DNA of 41,588 bases from Paraphysomonas bandaiensis (GCA_965644295.1 CBFFRP010000420.1:1-41588), one strand, 5' to 3'; numbered from the stretch's first letter, positions 23,401 to 36,086 are shown. Numbers and translations are program-made. Notes: generated from the letters alone by a model not told the origin.

Positions 23401-26400
23401 GCAGACCTCCTGAAAATGCGTGCTGTAGAGTCACCGGTTCAAACTGTGGATAAGGAAGCCGTGGAGAAACTTTTGGAGTTTAGAGTAAGTGTAGTGTCAT
23501 ATTCTGTTTATGTCCGGTAATATTGTCTGGTAGGCATGGGAAGGTAGACTGGCACAGATTGATCAGGAAGCAAAAGAAAAGATGAAACAGGCAAAGAAAC
23601 TATATAAGAAGCAGTATAGCCGCGGTACATCTACGATACGGTCATTAGAGTCAAGCTCGGTGGCATCATTCGAGAGCCGATTGGACGAACAGCAGGATGC
23701 TTATATTGCCAGTGAGGCTTTTCAGGATGCCGTCAAATCAAAGATACCTGACATCACTGATGCCATTAAGCACGGTCGTATCAAGGCTGACATTACCCAG
23801 TCTCCAGAGGAACAGGCGCTAGAAATTGCCAAGCAGCGCGTGATATCTGACTGGAGAGATGATCAGCGAAACATTCTTGAAAGGCAAATAACCCGACAGA
23901 CTAGTCGAATTAAGCAAGATGTAGGAGCAGTGGCACGATCCTATCAACTTGCCATTGAGGAAATAAAGGCTGAAGCAGCGAAGGAGAAAGCTAAACTGGA
24001 GAAGTTGATGAGCAATGCCATAAAAGAAAGGAAAGAAGCTCTTTTGAAGCGAGTACGCTTCAAACCCAAAGAATTTGCGAAAGCGGTTCCTAAGGCTCCT
24101 ATGTGCGAGCACATTCGAGCTAAAGCTTGGGGAAATGAGTACGCGACAGGTACCGTGCTTTCGTAGTATGTAGTTCAGTTGATTTGATCTCTGCGGTCAT
24201 GTTGTAGGAGTACGTTGTCTGGTGTGTGGCAGAGAATTGACGGAGCTTTACAAGGATGAGTCTCAATCCCTGGGGTATGGCTCAGGCGCTGACCCGTGGA
24301 TGGTAGACGCGTTGAAGCGCCATCGTGAGAACGAGGCGGCGTTTCGGTTCAAAGAGTCTAAAGAAATAACCGCAGTTGAGAATGAACGACTTAGATTAGA
24401 GAAGGAGAGACGAGAAATGGCATTGCAGGAAGAATACTTCTACGACTTTCAGGATTTGAAAGCCGTGTATGAATTTGACAGAAGGCATGCTAAAGAGCTT
24501 AAGGCGAGTGGAATATTCCGGCAGGGTCTGCAATGGACTAAGACCGAGTTGGAGTATTTTGAACGTACAAAGACTATTCAAGAGTTGGCTCGACTTGAGC
24601 GGGAGGGCATATATAGTGGGTCAGTTATGAAAGACTTCGACCCACTTAGTCACATTGAAGATCCACCACCGACTTTCCGAGCAACTGATGAACGACACAA
24701 GGCACAATATAGAGAGTTAATGTACACAATGGGACGCATGAATAACTTTAGCAAGCGGGTTATTGGACTTAAACGAGAGCGTATCGACCTTCTTAGCGAC
24801 AGGGCGCTATATAGCCACGTTCTATGCGCGTTACACAAAGAATCATTCGTTCGCGAGCACGAACTAGTTCTGTTGGAGGCTGACCTCGATAGAACAGGCA
24901 AAATGCTCGCCACTTATCAGAAGATGTATAAGCTCTGGGCCCGAGCGAATGAGATTCTTGTGAATGCCCAGAGGGATAAAAAACGTGCGGAAATGCGACA
25001 GTGTGGTCTCTGGGATGAAATCAAAGAGCTGAAGGAAGAACACACTGTTCTTCATGAAGAAACTCGAGATCTTCTGAAAATTAAATTCACCCATGAGCTT
25101 GAGATTCAGAGTCTAGTCGATGCACTAAACAATGGGAGGACCATGTCGGCAAAGTTGAAGGCGTTGTGGGAGGAGGAAGAGCAGCATGCGGAAGCTTTCC
25201 AATACTGTATGCCAGGCAGTAAAATCCAGACCAGATATGGCCTCTGCGAGATTGTAATGTACCGCCACGAGGACCAGATGCTGATGATTCTCCTGCCCTT
25301 TTGCTCGCCACCCGCCCGTGCTTGGATACCTGCGAGGCAGGTCATCAACGCTGAGCGCAACAGGCAGAACGGCGAGCTGAAACTGATGGCTTTAGAAGAC
25401 GAGCGTTTAAAGCTTTTTTACCGCACGGAGCGCATAGAGTGTTTAAAGGAGCTGTATCAAATGCGTCTAGAGGAGAGAGCGTGTAGAAAGCGCTGGGAGA
25501 TCGAAGATCTTCAGGCTACCGAAGAGGGGATATTGGCGGAGCGATTAGAGAAATCGTTGTACGAAAACTATGTAGTTACCAACACCGATCAGTTTAATGC
25601 GGACGCTGCGGAAAGAGTCAAAAAGGAATTTGCGAAGCGTATGAAGGACTTAGATTTGAAAATAAAAAATTATAAAGGAGGGAAGTCTGGGCAACCCAGA
25701 AAGCTGTCGGCTTGGAAAAAGTGGAAATTGAAGCGTCGAATTGACAGTGAGATCAGAAAAGAGTTTATTCTTAAGGTTCGTTTACTTTAGCTTCGAGGTG
25801 GAGGCACTAATTCATGTATTTTAGGGAGCTTCTCGTGATAGACGTCAGGCACTTGAAGATATCAAATCTGAGAGAAAGGTTTATATGGGAAACAAGTGTG
25901 TTGAAGACGTGATAGACGCTGCCGTGTTGGAGATGCTGAACGAAATCGCCGCTGAATCTATTCGCGAGGGCAATGTCGCTAAAGTGTCCGCTGAGATTGT
26001 ATCGGGAATATTCTTTCCTACTCCTGTTTGGATGCAGTATACGACGTACTGCTTACTCAGAGATATTTGGAAAACTAGAAAGAAGGAACTCAAGAACAAT
26101 ATTCAAATAGGTAGATGTATTCGTAGAGGCCGAATTACTGTACTCACTATGCGAGTAGGATTGGGGTCGAAGCAGAAGTTTGAAATGGAAACAAAGGAGG
26201 AGGACCCGAATGACGACAATGCACTAAAAGCAGCTGAGCGGAGAAGGCAGATTGAAATGGAATTGCAGCGTCAGAGGGCCCTTTGCGAGGAAATGGACAA
26301 AGAGGAGAAGTGAGTCACTATCTAATTTGGAGAGTATGTGTTTAGTGTATCCTTGTAGGTGGGCCCGTGCGTTCTACCATTGGGAAATGAAAGAGAATTT

Positions 26401-28255
26401 ACGGGAGCGTCGTCTTATGAAGGAAGAGGAAGCTATGATGAGAAAATTCATAAAAGAGCAGGAGGTTATTCAACAATCAATGCAGAGTAAGTATGCTGGT
26501 GTGAGTACAAAGATGGCAAAGCAACAGGAGAGAAAGGCGGGGGTAACCGATAAGATCAGGCGTCGAAACGACCTAAAAGATCTAACGATGGAGAGGAGAA
26601 AGATACGAGAGGAGCTGGCACTGATGCGGATAGAGGATGCTCTCAGTGCACCTTTACGGGATATAGACAAGCGAGAAAGACAGAAAAAATTGTTGGCCAA
26701 GCAGCTCGGACTTGAGGACGCCAAAGAGGAGAGAAACGAACCGCTTTCGGAGGTGGCCCAACCACAGCCAGAAGGAAAAGTTGAGGCTAAATCTGAATCG
26801 AAGGTGCGTGGAAGGGCAGTTGTGGTAGCTATGGAAGTACCGGAGTGGATGCCTCTTCCTCGCAACTGGGACAAAATGAACACCTCCATGCAAAACAGGT
26901 ATATCATGATGCAGCAGTCTCTTAAGACATACGAGGTTCAGACGAAGGAAAAGCTTGCGAGTGATAAGAAACTTCTGGAAGTGGTGAAACGGAAAAACCT
27001 GGTGGAGTGGAAGGACCGAAGTAATGCTCTCAAAATGAGCACATGGAACGCGGAGCTCGCCTATATGGTGGCGGACGAAGATTGCAAAGAGGCTGAAAAC
27101 AACTTAATAAAGCTAAAGGAGAATGTGCGCCGGTTGACCACCTTCTGTCAGCAGAAAGGTGAAGAGGAGCTTAAAATTATGACAATTATGCGCGAAAAAG
27201 AAGAAATTGCGCGGAAGCGCGACCGTGAATTGGAGGCGGCTACTGCGTGGCTTGAAGTGTGTGAAGCGCGAGCAAAGAAAAGAGGGAAACTGAAACGTCG
27301 TGTTGAGTCAGACTGTCTTTGGGTGGACACTGACTCTGTGACAGGGTTTCTGCAGAGATTTCGTACGGAAAGGTTGAGAGAGCGTCTCTACTGGTCGTTC
27401 TTTCGAGAGGTCATATATTCTGTGATAACCCGGGCAGAAATTATTACGACTGAGCGGAAGTTAATGTTGGCTCAAGAGGGCCTTTCTCAGAATAGAAAGC
27501 TGCTTATAACGAAGACTACGTTGATGAAAGATTTGTGGCGGGAATACCAGCGAGAGGAATTGATGAGACTGAAGCGGTCTGCACTGAACAAAAAGTTCTT
27601 TCCAAAGATTAGGCGACAGACCCTGAAGGAGACATTTAGTAGCTGGGTGAGGTTCTACTGCTGGAATAGAGGCCACAGAGAAGCGTTTGAGTTGAAGTAT
27701 GAAGTATTGAAGCGGAAATTGGACGTGGAGAGACAATTCAAGAAGCAGCTGAGCAAGGAGCCGGAGAAGAAGGAGGATGATACCTTCGCGACTGCAATCC
27801 AGCGTCACAGAGACCGGCCAGTGGAGTGCAAGAGGTGCCATACATTCTACCTTGAGTCGCAGAATACTTCTATTTCGTGCCACTATCATCCGGAAACTTT
27901 CTCCATTGCCTGTCCAAGGTCATGCACTAATCCTGGTCTGTCGGAAGTATGTATCGCGCACAAGAAGCGCCGTTGGACCTGCTGTGACTCAGGTGATCAT
28001 AAAGCCGACGGATGTGCGCGACGATACCACTGCCCTGTAGATTCGGACCCAGTTTATGACGCAGTGATGGAGAAGGTGGTTGAACGCGATAGAGACATGC
28101 TGGACACTCTCAACACGAAGTTGAGTGCAGCAAATGAAGAGAATTGGGTCAGACGGGCGATGGATATGAAACGGGCTCAGGTAGTTGCTGTCGAAAAGGA
28201 ATTAGGAGATGCTCGTGCAACTGCGGAAAGATTCAAAAACCTGAAGTTTGATTAA
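20452..28255 (+). CDS. Very large uncharacterised coiled-coil protein (~2478 aa, 8 exons: 20452-20711, 20762-20987, 21052-23484, 23534-24149, 24208-25775, 25825-26110, 26159-26309, 26359-28255) with a C-terminal Cys/His finger
   Basis: Seven GT-AG introns of 48-64 nt join the ORF-track pieces into a 7437-nt frame; E/K/R-rich heptads; C-terminal CKRC...CHYHP...RWTCC...GC..YH. Confidence 0.8.
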
Positions 28256-29032
28256 AGGATAGACAATTTTGCGACAACAACTGTGTATAATTATCTTATC
28301 GTGGCAACTGGTCATTGGTGTTTTAAATGTAGAATATTTTGTGAGATAGGAATGACGCTACAATGGCTTGTCGTATATATGTTTAAGAGTCTGTTGTGGA
28401 TGTGTTTGATTGTCATTGAAAATATGTAATTATAAATTACTTACTTTGAAGTATTGAATTATGTAGCTGACTTTTTCCCTACCATATTCGAGTATCGCGA
28501 TCCTGTCGACAAATGATACAGTGTGAAGAGTGAAGCATAGTATTGATTATTGATGGAATTACACAGGGACTGTGACCGAATAAATTAGCAATGTTGCCTT
28601 ATTCAACCTAACATAGTGATAAGAGTTATATATAGCTGAAATGAAACCATATCAATTTCAAATGAAAAAATATACTTGCCAAAGAATGCTTGGTATATTT
28701 TACAATTGAATTGCCATGGTGATTACTATCTACTAATGCCATTACCATTAACGGTTACCAGGCCATGGTCCATTGTCTACTCTGATTAACCGCTTAATAT
28801 ATAATGACTTCCAATTAATTGATGATAAGCCACGACTACATAATATCCCAGATCCCAGATATGAAGAAGAGGGTTTACACCCTCATTGTTTTAATAACTT
28901 ACGCAAACAATAATGTAGCAAATGAGTTCGTAATGAGTCACTAAGGGGTAGGAATAAAAGGAGCACAAGGTAGATGATATGATAAGACTTGAAATAGCTA
29001 GTGTAGAGAACGATTTCCATTATTTAAGCTAG

Positions 29033-29906
29033 AAGTCGAGGTAATACCAAAACCTGGTAAAGCAATTTCACCAGGTTTCATATATAAGTATTGAGTTATT
29101 ATTTTACTGTAATTTGTATCTGAGAGGTTAAAGATAAAGAAAAAGTCGCAAGTATAGTTGTTATTAGCAGTATTTATTGCGTTAAAAGTTGGCCCTGCTA
29201 TTATTACTTGTGTTTTGTAATATCATATTCTCATATAGCTACACCTGCTTCGCTTGAGACTGCAAACGCTCCAACCGAATAGCCTGATTTCGGATACATT
29301 GCATACGCATATAGCCATCTTTACCACTACTACTTACAGTAGTATTAGTACCTATGCTCGGAAACGACGCGGCAACAGCCGCTGGGGGCACATTGCTAGT
29401 AGGTGGTATATAGTAATATGGTATGGGTGTATAGTGAGATGGTATATGGGTGTATAGTGAGATGGTATATGGGTGTATAGTGAGATAGTGTAGTGATGTA
29501 TAGTTAGGTGGTATAGTGGCATACAGTAGATGGTATAGTGGTATAATATAGTGGGATGGTATAGTGATGCATAGTAATATGGTATGGGTGTATAGTGAGA
29601 TGGTATATGGGTGTATAGTGAGATGGTATGTGGGTGTATTCTGAGATGGTGTAGTGGTGTTTAGTGAGATGGTTATAGTTCATACTTGTGAACTGTATGT
29701 AATATATATGTGTAGTCGGTGACTTTTATTGCTGTAAAACTGAAGTAATATGGAAGAAATTAGTAAAAAATATTATAAATAATACTCTTCACACTGTTAT
29801 TAACTTCATAGTTACTTATTGTGCATAGTTATACCCTTTTCCGACCATCACCAAAAATTTCACCAGGTTTTACATCAAAACCCAGGTTTTGGTATTACCT
29901 CGACTT
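29033..29906. mobile_element. Non-autonomous DNA transposon (MITE-like), 874 bp, 25-bp perfect TIRs
   Basis: AAGTCGAGGTAATACCAAAACCTGG (29033-29057) and CCAGGTTTTGGTATTACCTCGACTT (29882-29906); flanked by TAG on both sides; no transposase. Confidence 0.85.
29400..29680 (+). repeat. G/T-rich minisatellite (~23-bp unit GATGGTATATGGGTGTATAGTGA) inside the MITE
   Basis: Tandem units arranged as two ~160-bp blocks starting near 29411 and 29572. Confidence 0.9.
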
Positions 29907-29932
29907 TAGACATGGGACAGTGGAAGTAAAAC

Positions 29933-30487
29933 GTCTTATTATTAGCAATAGGTGATTAAGAGCCTAAACAAATTTAACATTGCAATCTAACTAACAATAG
30001 TACAAACTCTGATATCCTACTACTATATTGAACGCTACGAAAGACGCTTGTGCGTCAACGCAAGCACCAAGGTGCAAGGTGCAACCATTTTTACTCAAAT
30101 AAAACACAGTGAGCAGCAGAAAGTTGATATAATATCTGACATCTTTCTGCTGACGAGAGGATTTTTGAGTTCTCAATAATGTGAACATCCCGGATGCTTG
30201 ACTTCAGCAGGTAGCCCAATACCCCTAATGCCCTTGAGTCTTGAGGTAGGCCCATTCCTGGATGCCTGTTTAATCGTCAAGGCTCAAAGATGTCTACACA
30301 AGAGTGAGACTTATTTTATTAGCCCTTGTACCACACAAGCATTTTAGGCTATTATATATGAGTGGGCAGAACAATACCTGCTGACTATAATTGCGTCTCA
30401 CGCTAGTTTCTCGGGGTAATAATATCTTCGGTATTTATCCCCCTATCCCCCACGAATAGGAGCAAGTCCGACTTTGTTGTGGGGATG
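29933..30487. repeat. Dispersed non-coding repeat, copy 4
   Basis: Family blocks present; shares GATTTTTGAGTTCTCAA and ACCCCTAATGCCCTTGAGTCTTGAGG with copy 5. Confidence 0.9.
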
Positions 30488-30544
30488 TGGCAGTGACAGT
30501 ATTTCCTGAGATATATACGTGTATTTTCTTTTTAAAGATCTAAT

Positions 30545-30746
30545 TCTTATTCTTAGCAATAGGCGTTTAAGAGTAACTCTGGTACCCTACCATTGAACGC
30601 TACGAAAGACGCTTGTGCGTCACCACAAGCACCAAAGTGCAACCACTTTTGCTCTGTCACTCAAATAAAACACAGTTAGCAAGCAGAATGTTGATATATA
30701 TATACCTGACTTCTGCTGACTTAAAGATTTTTGAGTTCTCAAGGTG
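30545..30746. repeat. Dispersed non-coding repeat, copy 5, left part (interrupted by a nested insertion)
   Basis: Ends ...TTCTCAAGGTG and resumes AGGTGAACATCCCGGATGC at 38879. Confidence 0.88.
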
Positions 30747-30919
30747 TGTTGGAAAATGTTCATTCTTTAACTAGATCTCAGAGAGAATTTTTGTCGTTAG
30801 GATAGAAGATAGATAGATAGAATTAATATCGTTTACACGACATGTGACAAACTACACAATCTCATTTTGCTCCACCCATAATCTACTACACGTGTAAACC
30901 TCTCGCTACTGTATTGAAA

Positions 30920-32063
30920 TATGCACAAACCAGACTTGCGGGTTTGCTCCCAACAAAATATATAATAAGGTGTGAGTAAACACTTATTATTACTGTTAAA
31001 TCACCCAACACGGTCAACGATATCCGCTAGATAACGCCGCGCAGTATTCCCTCTAAGAATAAAGATCGCTGTTAAGACAGTGTCAAGTAACTTAAAACAA
31101 TGACATGCAAGGAATAACATATAGAATGGTACGCATCTACAGAATGAACCAAGTTCATTTTATATCACACACACCACACCGCATGCATTCTTGCATACAC
31201 CGTGTATACCACACGTATTATGACAATAAAACAAAACTGAATAACAGCGTATGAAACTGAATAACTGCGCATAAAACTGAAACTACGCATAAAACTGAAA
31301 TAAAACCATAGTGATAAAACTGAAAAACAGCTAACTAAAATGAGTAACGTGATACCGTATTCGCTGATAGTCTACTGCTCTTATCATACTCCCTAAACTC
31401 ATATAAAACTTATTGCATCTTTACTCTCTCCATATATTCCTCTTTAAGCCACACGCTTGCCATAATAGCCACCCACTATGCCTGCTTAGCAGCATCACCA
31501 TGCATAGCGTCTATAGTATGCTCTTGAATGGTCCTAACTCCTGCTCATCTCCACATCCAGAGCACCATCATGAAAATGCAGCTCACAGAGGTATTGGGCT
31601 GTGTACATCCATAGTTCTGCACTTAACTTGAGACATTTATGTTCAGGATGTACTAGCAACATCTGAAGATCCCTTCTTATGCTGTTCTGAGGATGATGCA
31701 GAGAGAATTGTGTGTACATCACGTTGATGCTACCTAAGTCTCTCTCCATTGCCCTTATTGCCTCTACGTCGTAAAACAACAGGTGCAGTCGGCTGGCTTC
31801 ACATGTATTGCAAGTAGTAGAGATACTGGGTAACGTGTTTTGAGTGTCGTGATATTAATAACTGCCTAGAGTAGCCGCAAGTATGCACTTCAGTGTGAAT
31901 GGCTTGTTGTAATTCCGTGACTCGTGGCTAGATGTTTGCACTTCCTTCGTAAATAATTATCTTGTACTGTTTGCTGTCCTTCTTCTGTTGTTGACTCTCT
32001 TCTTGTTGTTGAATACCCTATTTCACTACTACACTTGCTACTATATAAACCCCCAGGGTTACA
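30920..32063 (-). repeat. 3' LTR of the gypsy element
   Basis: Direct repeat of 37259-38402 (offset 6339); begins TGTAACCC on the minus strand. Confidence 0.95.
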
Positions 32064-32096
32064 CTACCTTTTTCCCTCTCTTTTTTTTTTTTTTTT
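32064..32096 (-). promoter_or_regulatory. Polypurine tract
   Basis: Minus strand A-run followed by GAGAGGGAAAAAGGTAG immediately before the 3' LTR. Confidence 0.85.
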
Positions 32097-32135
32097 CGAT
32101 AATAATATATAACTCAGTATAAAACTAAGTCAAAA

Positions 32136-34721
32136 TTAATGTTGATGGACTTGGGGAAAACGTAGCGCAAAGTCGGAATCTATCAGTACCATAGTTGTCG
32201 GATCGAAGTCGCGATGTACAAAACATTTCACATGGTAGTTATCAAATCTGTATGTGGCTTTGGTCATGGGATTCTTGACAGAAATTAGCTTCTTGCTGGT
32301 TTTATGATACCAGTGAGTGAGCATAAATTGCATCACATATGTAACAGTGGGCGAATCTGGTAGTTGTAGGGCATCATACCAGTCATCTCCGAATACTCTG
32401 ATATCTACATACACCTCGTCACCCGGTTGAACCGTAGTTATTGACTGCTTCCTCTTCTCACTGATATATTTGGCGGCCCCATCCGTGGTATAAATAAGAT
32501 GATGTAGATAAGGCTTGCTGCTACAGAATTCCTCATAGGCTATGGAATCAAATAAATCCTGGCTGTAAGGTAGCTCTCTGATATCTCCATCCTTGAAACG
32601 TACTGTAAACAACATTGTTGAACGCCGTTCTCTGTCTCCAGTGTAATATAAAATAGTGTCGATCTCATGCTGATCATGATCTCGCATAGCCATTTTATAG
32701 GCTTGTTCCCTGTCTCCGGGATATAATTTTACATCCCGTACATCTACTTTTGTTACAACTCCGGTCACCAAATGTTTGCAGTCAATATCATTCTTATATT
32801 GCGATATAACCTGAAATGGTCCTAGGTATCTATGAGACATTTTAGGGTAAACCTTGGCCCCTTTGTCAAATAAAACAAAGTCGCCCGGCTGATACTGATT
32901 CTGTCGCTGAGGAGATATGCCTTTACTGAAACGTTTGGCCTTCAACTTATCTTGATATTCTCTCGAACTGCGTTGCAACAGAGCTAGATTATCATTGAGT
33001 TTATGTAGTCTAGCATGGGCTTTCTCTGGTACTTCATCCCTTCCCATATTGTTATACCTCTCACTCTCAGAACCAAATGTTAACTCAAAAGGCGAATACC
33101 CCGTTTCAGATGATACTTCAGAATTCAATACATGTGCCACTGTAGGAATCCAGCTGGGGTCTTCAAATACATCTCGCTTCTCTTCTTTCTCGCTGTAATC
33201 GAATACTAATGCTCTTAAATGCCGCACTACCTCTCCTATGATCCTCTCGCATCCGTTGGCATGTCTATCCGCTATGCTGAATGTGTGTTTGACACCAATA
33301 TATGAGCAAAGTTGGTCAAATAACTGGGATTTTAGATCAGGTCCTTGATCCGATATGATCACATCAGTATGACCAAATTGACTCCAATACTTCCATACAG
33401 TATTAGCAAGATTTATGGCAGTGACTCCCTTCACTGGTTCGAGGAAGACATGTTTTGTAAACAGATTTACCACCACGTTAATATGCGTGTAGCCTTCTTT
33501 ACCGTGGGGTGTAATTTCCACTGCATCGATACCGATGGCACTACGAGCTGAAGGTGGTTTTAAACTGCGAGGTATAGCTATCAAAGCTTCTTGCATTCCG
33601 AGTCGTGTCTTAGCACAGTTGGGACATTTATTGATCATCTCGGTGACTTCTTCAAAAGATATCCTGTGTCCCGGGCATTTCTTATTCAATTTTACCCACG
33701 TGGCATAAGCTCCTTTGTGACCTTGTCTGGCATTATGAACTGCTTGAAAACATTCCTCTTTGGATAAATACAACGGTTCCAACTCTTCTTCCTTGTCATC
33801 CGGATCCATAAAATTGTTAAGATAGATGTCTAAGTTGCCAAACATAGTTTCATCAATGTATTCCTTAATGTCCATATCAGGAAATATACCAGCCAAATGT
33901 TGCAACTTATGTGCTCTGGAGAGCCAATCTGCTAACCAATTTTGAGAACCTGGAATGTGCCGAATCATAAAGTTAAACGATTGCAGGTATATACGCCATC
34001 TCACAATTTTCGGTACTTCAGATGCCTCCATCCACACTAAATTGTTATGATCGGTCTCAATAATAAACTCCTTGCCCACTAAATAATATGCGAGGTTTCT
34101 GACAGCATAATAGGTACCGTAGCCTTCCTGCTCTATCGTAGCCCATCGTTGTGCTTGCGTTGAGAATTTTTTCGATATAAATGCTATTGGTTGTAACTGA
34201 ACAGTACCATCCTCTAAAATTTTCTTCTGTAATAATACTGCTCCTACTCCTAGCTCGCTAGCATCAGTTCTTAGGATCCATTCTAACGAATAGTCGGGAT
34301 AAAATAACTCACAGGCCTCTTGTAGACCCTTTATGAATCTTCGATACTCCTCTTCGTAATCATGCTTCCATGTAGATTTATCCCAGTTGAAAGTTTTCTT
34401 GGTCATGTCCGGAAGATGACCTACCAAGTCAGAATATCTAGGTGTGAACCCTGAGAAGAAAACTCCTTTTCCTAGTAAGCTTCTGGCCGTCTTAGTACTC
34501 GTAGGCATTGGAATGTTAGCCAAAGCTTCCTTCTTATCAGGACTGACCTCATACGATTTGTGTCTGCACACGTAGCCAAAGAAATTCACTTCCCGGAATC
34601 CCAGCCAACTCTTAGGCATCTTGAGTTTTTCATTACGTTCAATACACCGGTCAATTATCATTTCAAACTTTTTGTATGCATCAGCGGGGTCTTCAGCTAA
34701 GATCAACATGTTGTCAAACAT
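32136..34721 (-). CDS. Truncated Pol: C-terminal RT, RNase H, integrase (HHCC, DDE, GPF), chromodomain-like and extra C-terminal region, 861 aa
   Basis: FDN at the YxDD position, VNFFGY; TDASELGVGAVL, EQEGY, ETDHNNL, NWLADWLSR; H..GH..CPNC, IDAV, SDQG, NGCER; YLGPFQV; EIDTILYY...FTVRFKD. Confidence 0.9.
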   Translation of the reverse strand: MFDNMLILAEDPADAYKKFEMIIDRCIERNEKLKMPKSWLGFREVNFFGYVCRHKSYEVSPDKKEALANIPMPTSTKTARSLLGKGVFFSGFTPRYSDLVGHLPDMTKKTFNWDKSTWKHDYEEEYRRFIKGLQEACELFYPDYSLEWILRTDASELGVGAVLLQKKILEDGTVQLQPIAFISKKFSTQAQRWATIEQEGYGTYYAVRNLAYYLVGKEFIIETDHNNLVWMEASEVPKIVRWRIYLQSFNFMIRHIPGSQNWLADWLSRAHKLQHLAGIFPDMDIKEYIDETMFGNLDIYLNNFMDPDDKEEELEPLYLSKEECFQAVHNARQGHKGAYATWVKLNKKCPGHRISFEEVTEMINKCPNCAKTRLGMQEALIAIPRSLKPPSARSAIGIDAVEITPHGKEGYTHINVVVNLFTKHVFLEPVKGVTAINLANTVWKYWSQFGHTDVIISDQGPDLKSQLFDQLCSYIGVKHTFSIADRHANGCERIIGEVVRHLRALVFDYSEKEEKRDVFEDPSWIPTVAHVLNSEVSSETGYSPFELTFGSESERYNNMGRDEVPEKAHARLHKLNDNLALLQRSSREYQDKLKAKRFSKGISPQRQNQYQPGDFVLFDKGAKVYPKMSHRYLGPFQVISQYKNDIDCKHLVTGVVTKVDVRDVKLYPGDREQAYKMAMRDHDQHEIDTILYYTGDRERRSTMLFTVRFKDGDIRELPYSQDLFDSIAYEEFCSSKPYLHHLIYTTDGAAKYISEKRKQSITTVQPGDEVYVDIRVFGDDWYDALQLPDSPTVTYVMQFMLTHWYHKTSKKLISVKNPMTKATYRFDNYHVKCFVHRDFDPTTMVLIDSDFALRFPQVHQH

Positions 34722-36086
34722 GACTATATATATGTCTCAATCACTGAATTCATTGGAATCCGTAACAACTCCGTATTGAGAAACATCACACTCCACTTGC
34801 TTAAATCGAATATATGTTGAAAGATATTCGAATACAACGCTCGACAAAATAGATTATAGGCATATAGGAGGTATACTCACAAGCTCCTTCCTTTAGCGTA
34901 CAAGGTTTTATTACTCGTATCACTTTCTGAATTCCAACCGTATATCCCACCCATCAATGACGAGCAACGTAATTGTTGATAATTCCTGATGAAAATGATG
35001 AATGTTCAAATCACTCTCTCTCACACAGAAAACCGACTACTCTCAGTTTATCCCAGTTTGCAACTCACAACAATAGATAATCCAACTCAGTCAATACAAA
35101 CTGCACAACAGAAGATCCATATGTACGTAACTGACCGTAGATTGAATTATATAAATCGAACAAGTGATGGCAACTCAGAATGATTCATTTTAATGATGTC
35201 ACCAGAACATTCGTACGAGACTGACAAGACTCGCATTTTGATCCGTAACACGTTTGAAACATTTTCAACAAACTCCAGAATCAAATTCCTCTTGTAGCAA
35301 TCATTGAAAGAAACTAAACAGTATGGCAGTACATCATTGAGCCCATTGACCACTCTGATATCAATATTTAAACAGAATTCTCAAAATAACTCTGGAAGAC
35401 TTTCTCAAAATCAAATAACAACAACTGATCCTCAATTTGCAATAATCACTGGCATTGACGATGCATTCTCAATGATCAAAATATTAGATATAAGTATGAT
35501 AAATAATAGCTTCTGGAATATATATACACATTCAAACTTCTCAAAACTCAATCCAATCTTATATATATTTCGGATGAATCACCAAGCCATTTAGCAGTCT
35601 TCACACCATAATATATACAAAGATTGTATACAACAGTTGTCCTTGAGTCCATATAGCCTTTGATAATATTGTTCTGAGACATGAACTGCACACATTCACT
35701 ACCGACTCCCGTATCTACATTGATCAACGAATCATGAATTACACAATGGACATCCAGCGAAGAAACATCTTTCCTCAATGCTACATTGAAAATGTAACCG
35801 CGTGTAGACACTCCTCTCCTCAAGCATATAATATAATAATGACTGAATTTTAACTGACATTATATTGAATAAAATATTTACGATATACGATACAACATTT
35901 CCCTCACAAGCATTGAATAACGAATCCTTTGATTTAGAAACTGATGAACCCGTTCGTCACAAACAATACTATCACCTTCTCATCAAAAGAAATGAATTGG
36001 CACCCTGATGGTAACGTGTCTCCAATAACAACAATAATACAACATCAACATCGGGTACGGCCAATCTTCATCCCAATAGGTTCTCT

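Noticed and set aside
29400-29680. CRISPR-like array
   Set aside because: Units are directly tandem with no unique spacers; eukaryotic context with no cas genes.
30145-30185. Hammerhead ribozyme core (CTGACGA) in repeat copy 4
   Set aside because: No GAAA after the putative stem II, and the motif is not conserved in other copies.
31413-31779. Duplicated 72- and 81-aa ORFs (also 37752-38118)
   Set aside because: Identical only because they lie in the two LTRs; no recognisable protein features.
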